A stretch of DNA of 64,000 nucleotides from the NCBI GenBank assembly GCA_002720855.1, contig PBIN01000014.1, positions 777,619 to 841,618 on the forward strand. Reading direction: 5' to 3'. This document shows positions 58,854 to 64,000 of this stretch, in pieces. Under the pieces are notes generated by a model. It had not been told where the DNA came from and did no database searches. It worked only from the letters and a program-made list of their open reading frames with translations. Within the stretch, counting starts at the first letter, position 1; every line of letters starts with the position of its first letter. The stretch is from Rhodospirillaceae bacterium. Lineage in GTDB: Bacteria > Pseudomonadota > Alphaproteobacteria > MPNO01 > UBA2964. The translations under genes were made by a program, and so were the position numbers.

Positions 58854-60287
58854 CTATGAAGCTGTTCCGCCTACAGTCATACTATCTAGCAACATCGTTG
58901 GCTGACCAACGCCTACCGGCACGCCTTGACCATCCTTGCCGCATGTTCCGACGCCGGGATCAAGTTTCATGTCATTGCCGATCATTTTGACATGTGTAAG
59001 TGCATCGGGGCCGTTGCCAATTAATGTGGCACCTTTGACCGGTGCACCTATTTTTCCGTCTTCGATCTGATAGGCCTCTGAAGCCGTAAAAACGAATTTG
59101 CCGGAAGTAATATCTACCTGGCCACCTCCAAAATTGACTGCATAGAGTCCTTTTTGTACTGAGCTCAATATTTCTTCAGGCGCGTGGCTTCCTTCCATCA
59201 TATAGGTATTGGTCATTCGCGGCATCGGCGCATGAGCAAAGCTTTCCCGGCGACCATTGCCGGTTGGGTCCACTCCCATTAGTCGAGCATTTTGCCGATC
59301 CTGCATGTAACCGACGAGGATTCCATCCTCGATCAAAACGGTTTTAGATGTTGGCGTTCCCTCGTCGTCTATCGAGAGTGAGCCGCGACGATCATGTATT
59401 GTTCCATCATCAACGACGGTGACACCATCAGAAGCGACACGCTCTCCCATCAATCCCGAAAACGCTGATGTTTTTTTGCGGTTAAAATCACCTTCCAGCC
59501 CGTGACCAATAGCTTCGTGCAGCAGGATACCAGGCCAGCCCGGCCCTAATATGACCGGCATCTCTCCTGCTGGTGTGTCGACTGATTCAAGGTTGACCAG
59601 CGCTTGTCTTAGGGCTTCATCGACCTGGGCCTGCCATTGTTCTGGTTCAACATAGGCAGCGTAACCGGTTCGGCCGCCTGTACCATGGCTACCGGTTTCC
59701 ATCCTGTCTCCTTCGGCTGCGACGATTGACACGTTGAGTCGAACCAGCGGCCGGATGTCGGCAACTCGTTGGCCGTCCGTACGCAAAATCTGAACCGCTT
59801 GCCATTCGCCGGAAATTGACGCGGATACCTGGGAAACCCGCGGATCTTTTGCGCGTGCATATGCATCGATTTCGGCCAGCAAAGAAACCTTGTCTTCAAA
59901 ACTCATCTCGCCGAGCGGATTGGTGTCGGTATAAAGCGATACGTTGGTCCCTTGCGGTGCTTCCGCAGCATTTCCACTGTGACCGGCGCGGACAGCAGTT
60001 ATCGTCTCCGCGGCGCGTTTTATGGCCGCTTCAGAGAGCTCGGAAGCGTGGGAATAGCCAACAGCTTCATCAGCAATCGCCCTTAGGCCGAAACCCTGGG
60101 AAGTATCAAAAGAGGCACTCCGTAGCCTGCCATCATCATAGGAGAGTCCCTCAGATTGACGATATTCCAAAAAAAGCTCCCCGTCGTCGGTGCCATCCAA
60201 AGCATCGTCCACAATCGTGTTGATTCGATCCCGGTCCATACCCGCTTTTTCGAAGAAGAGTTCGTCGGTTTTTGCTAGATCGGTCAC
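58854..60287 (-). CDS. tldD: Metalloprotease TldD
   Basis: 477 aa with the TldD HExxxGH-like region (HEAIGHGLEGD). It lies divergent to ctaC, as in many alphaproteobacteria. Confidence 0.85.
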   Translation of the reverse strand: MTDLAKTDELFFEKAGMDRDRINTIVDDALDGTDDGELFLEYRQSEGLSYDDGRLRSASFDTSQGFGLRAIADEAVGYSHASELSEAAIKRAAETITAVRAGHSGNAAEAPQGTNVSLYTDTNPLGEMSFEDKVSLLAEIDAYARAKDPRVSQVSASISGEWQAVQILRTDGQRVADIRPLVRLNVSIVAAEGDRMETGSHGTGGRTGYAAYVEPEQWQAQVDEALRQALVNLESVDTPAGEMPVILGPGWPGILLHEAIGHGLEGDFNRKKTSAFSGLMGERVASDGVTVVDDGTIHDRRGSLSIDDEGTPTSKTVLIEDGILVGYMQDRQNARLMGVDPTGNGRRESFAHAPMPRMTNTYMMEGSHAPEEILSSVQKGLYAVNFGGGQVDITSGKFVFTASEAYQIEDGKIGAPVKGATLIGNGPDALTHVKMIGNDMKLDPGVGTCGKDGQGVPVGVGQPTMLLDSMTVGGTAS

Positions 60288-60602
60288 TTTTGCACCCTTT
60301 TGGACAAATTTTGGCTGAAATCAGCTGGAAATACAGAGTTTGGAATGAATTATCGAAGTTTGCCTATAATTTATTAACGCCCTGTTTACCATATCCTCCA
60401 CACTCTGTCCGTGTGCAGTTGCGACATAGGGTCGCGTCGGCGGCTTACTCTATCTGCCGCCGCGGTGCTTAGGTTAATATAGTTAAAGAATCTACCGGGG
60501 GTTTATACCGGTTGGTTACATTTGCCATGGCGGCATCTCAAATTCCGGTCAGTATTGCCGGTTATTTGTTTTGCCGTTTGGGCCAAGGAACGGAAGAGAG
60601 CA

Positions 60603-61481
60603 ATGCGGTTACAAAAGATTCTTTCGGCGGTGTCCGCACTTTGTGCAGGGGTGTTTTGCTGGCTTTTCACGACGGGTGCGAATGCGTCTTCGGCGGTCCC
60701 CTGGCAAAAAGGATTTCAGCCGGCCGTTACCACCGTCATGGAAGACATCCATAAATTTCATGACCTTCTTTTGGTGATTATTACAGTAATCACGATTTTT
60801 GTTTTGGGTTTACTCGTCTACACGATGGTGAGGTTCAGCGCCAAAGCGAATCCCGTTCCTTCAAAAACAACTCACCATGCGATGTTGGAGGTGGTTTGGA
60901 CGATTGTACCGGTGATTATTCTGGTCGTGATTGCAGTGCCGTCATTTAAGCTGCTTTACAAGGCTGACGTTGTGCCTAAGGCAGATATGACGATCAAGGC
61001 AATTGGCAATCAGTGGAACTGGGGTTACGAATATCCTGATCATGGAAACTTCTCGTTCATCGCGAACCTCATTAAGGATGAAGAACTTCAGAAGTGGGCC
61101 CAAGACAACAAAGTTGCAGATCCGAAGCGACTCCTCGAAACCGATGAGGTGGTGGTTGTTCCCGTCAACACAACGGTGCGTGTTCAGGTAACATCAAATG
61201 ATGTACTCCATGCATGGGCGGTTCCCGCTTTCGGGGTAAAAATTGATGCGGTTCCCGGTCGGCTGAACGAAACCTGGTTCAACGTCAACAAAGAAGGCAC
61301 CTATTATGGACAATGCTCGGAACTTTGTGGTCGAGACCATGGTTTTATGCCGATCAAAGTTCAGGTCGTTTCAAAAGCGGCCTTCGCGAAATGGGTGACC
61401 GCACAGCGCAAGGCAGCCGGCCTTGAGCCCTTAAAACAAAAGCGGCGCGACGTCGCAAAACTAAATAACTCGGCTCGTTGA
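60603..61481 (+). CDS. ctaC: Cytochrome c oxidase subunit II
   Basis: Two TM helices, then a CuA domain (...HAWAVPAFGVKIDAVPGRLNE...CSELCGRDHGFMPI). ATG at 60603. The track ORF extends upstream to 60522. Confidence 0.9.
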   Translation: MRLQKILSAVSALCAGVFCWLFTTGANASSAVPWQKGFQPAVTTVMEDIHKFHDLLLVIITVITIFVLGLLVYTMVRFSAKANPVPSKTTHHAMLEVVWTIVPVIILVVIAVPSFKLLYKADVVPKADMTIKAIGNQWNWGYEYPDHGNFSFIANLIKDEELQKWAQDNKVADPKRLLETDEVVVVPVNTTVRVQVTSNDVLHAWAVPAFGVKIDAVPGRLNETWFNVNKEGTYYGQCSELCGRDHGFMPIKVQVVSKAAFAKWVTAQRKAAGLEPLKQKRRDVAKLNNSAR

Positions 61482-61497
61482 GCAAGAAGGCAGGTAG

Positions 61498-63108
<1,611 letters not shown>

Positions 63109-63160
63109 CTCGTCTTGTCAGGCAATAGGGAAATATTTCAGTGAGCAATAAGACAGCCAA

Positions 63161-64000
63161 TATGACAATGACAGCGGCGGTGCCCGCTGGCGGCGATGTC
63201 GCCGATTATATTGCTTTGCTGAAGCCGCGGGTAATGTCGCTCGTCGTTTTTACCGCGATGGCTGGCCTCTATCTTGCACCAGGGACGATACATCCCGTTA
63301 TCGCTATCGTTGCAGTGCTTTGTATCGCTGTCGGCGCTGGGGCGTCCGGTGCCATAAACATGTGGTATGACCGGGATATAGACTCCGTCATGGCACGTAC
63401 CGCTGAGCGTCCAGTACCAAAGGGAAGAGTAGAACCCGGTGCAGCGCTAGGATTTGGCGTTGCGCTAGCGGCGTGGTCAGTGATGGTAATGGGAATTGCT
63501 GTTGACTGGGCTGCAGCTGCGCTTCTTGCGTTCACAATCGCCTTTTATGTTTTCGTATACACGATGTGGCTAAAGCGGCGCACACCGCAGAATATTGTCA
63601 TCGGAGGCGCAGCCGGTGCATTTCCTCCGATGGTCGGGTGGGCAGCGGTAACCGGCGATATTTCGCTAAGCTCAATTGTATTGTTCGCGATTATCTTCAT
63701 GTGGACGCCGCCCCATTTTTGGGCATTGGCTCTTTATCGCAAAGGTGATTACGAAAAGGCGGGCGTCCCTATGTTGCCTGTTGTCGCAGGTATACGGGAA
63801 ACAAAACGACAGATCGTTTTCTATTCAGTCTTGTTGGTGCCGATTGGTATGGCACCCACATTTATCGGCATGTCCAGCTGGGTATTCGGTGTCGTTGCGG
63901 GTGTTCTCGGAATGATTTTTGTAGGCCTTTCGATCGCGATTTATCGGGAGCAGGGTGATCGCTATGCACGTCATACCTTCGCCTTTTCAATCCTGTATCT
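63161..64000 (+). CDS. ctaB: Protoheme IX farnesyltransferase (heme O synthase), partial, continues past the window end
   Basis: Open frame from the ATG at 63161 (or the GTG at 63140) to the window end. It translates ...[21 protein letters not shown]...[24 protein letters not shown]..., the UbiA-family CtaB. It is absent from the ORF track because it is truncated. Confidence 0.85.

Noticed and set aside
60288-60602. The 315-nt intergenic region upstream of ctaC, checked as a possible small RNA or tRNA
   Set aside because: It has no tRNA-like cloverleaf signatures or conserved sRNA features. It is the divergent tldD/ctaC promoter region. The track ORFs 60272..60472 and 60512..60754 are short and overlap the true ctaC start, so they are not credible.

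Overview
This 64-kb window reads as chromosomal DNA from an alphaproteobacterium, probably marine. The call rests on the tldD-ctaC-ctaD-ctaB layout, an IalB-family protein, a DUF3126 protein, plant-type gshA, and TctC and TRAP transporters. It is densely coding housekeeping DNA, including pgi, mutL, rsmD, rluB, tadA, purD, xseA, ubiD and ubiA. A long minus-strand lipid A/Kdo operon runs ubiD-pmbA-msbA-DUF374-waaA-lpxK-lpxL. There are no CRISPR arrays, tRNAs or obvious mobile elements. Five things stand out. (1) An AhpD-like peroxidase-family gene (47978..49081) reads through an in-frame TGA that sits exactly at the second Cys of the conserved CxxC motif, which is the signature of a CxxU selenoprotein. 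(2) A dctB-dctD-dctPQM locus keeps an intact transporter and a textbook sigma54 -24/-12 promoter, but the DctB H-box carries two in-frame TAA codons flanking the phospho-acceptor His, and the DctD Walker A reads GTGRE instead of GTGKE. (3) Two tandem UbiD-family paralogs lie in an apparent operon with a -1 frameshifted aldehyde dehydrogenase, next to a PhyH dioxygenase, an alpha/beta hydrolase and a TAXI-TRAP transporter; the canonical ubiD is elsewhere in the window. (4) A secreted glycoside-hydrolase-like protein has its signal-peptide segment separated from the body by a single in-frame TGA. (5) A putative GT-A glycosyltransferase is adjacent to a TPR plus GT-B-like fusion protein. TGA is otherwise used as a normal stop here (for example xseA and coxB), so the in-frame TGAs are local recoding or local lesions, not a reassigned code.
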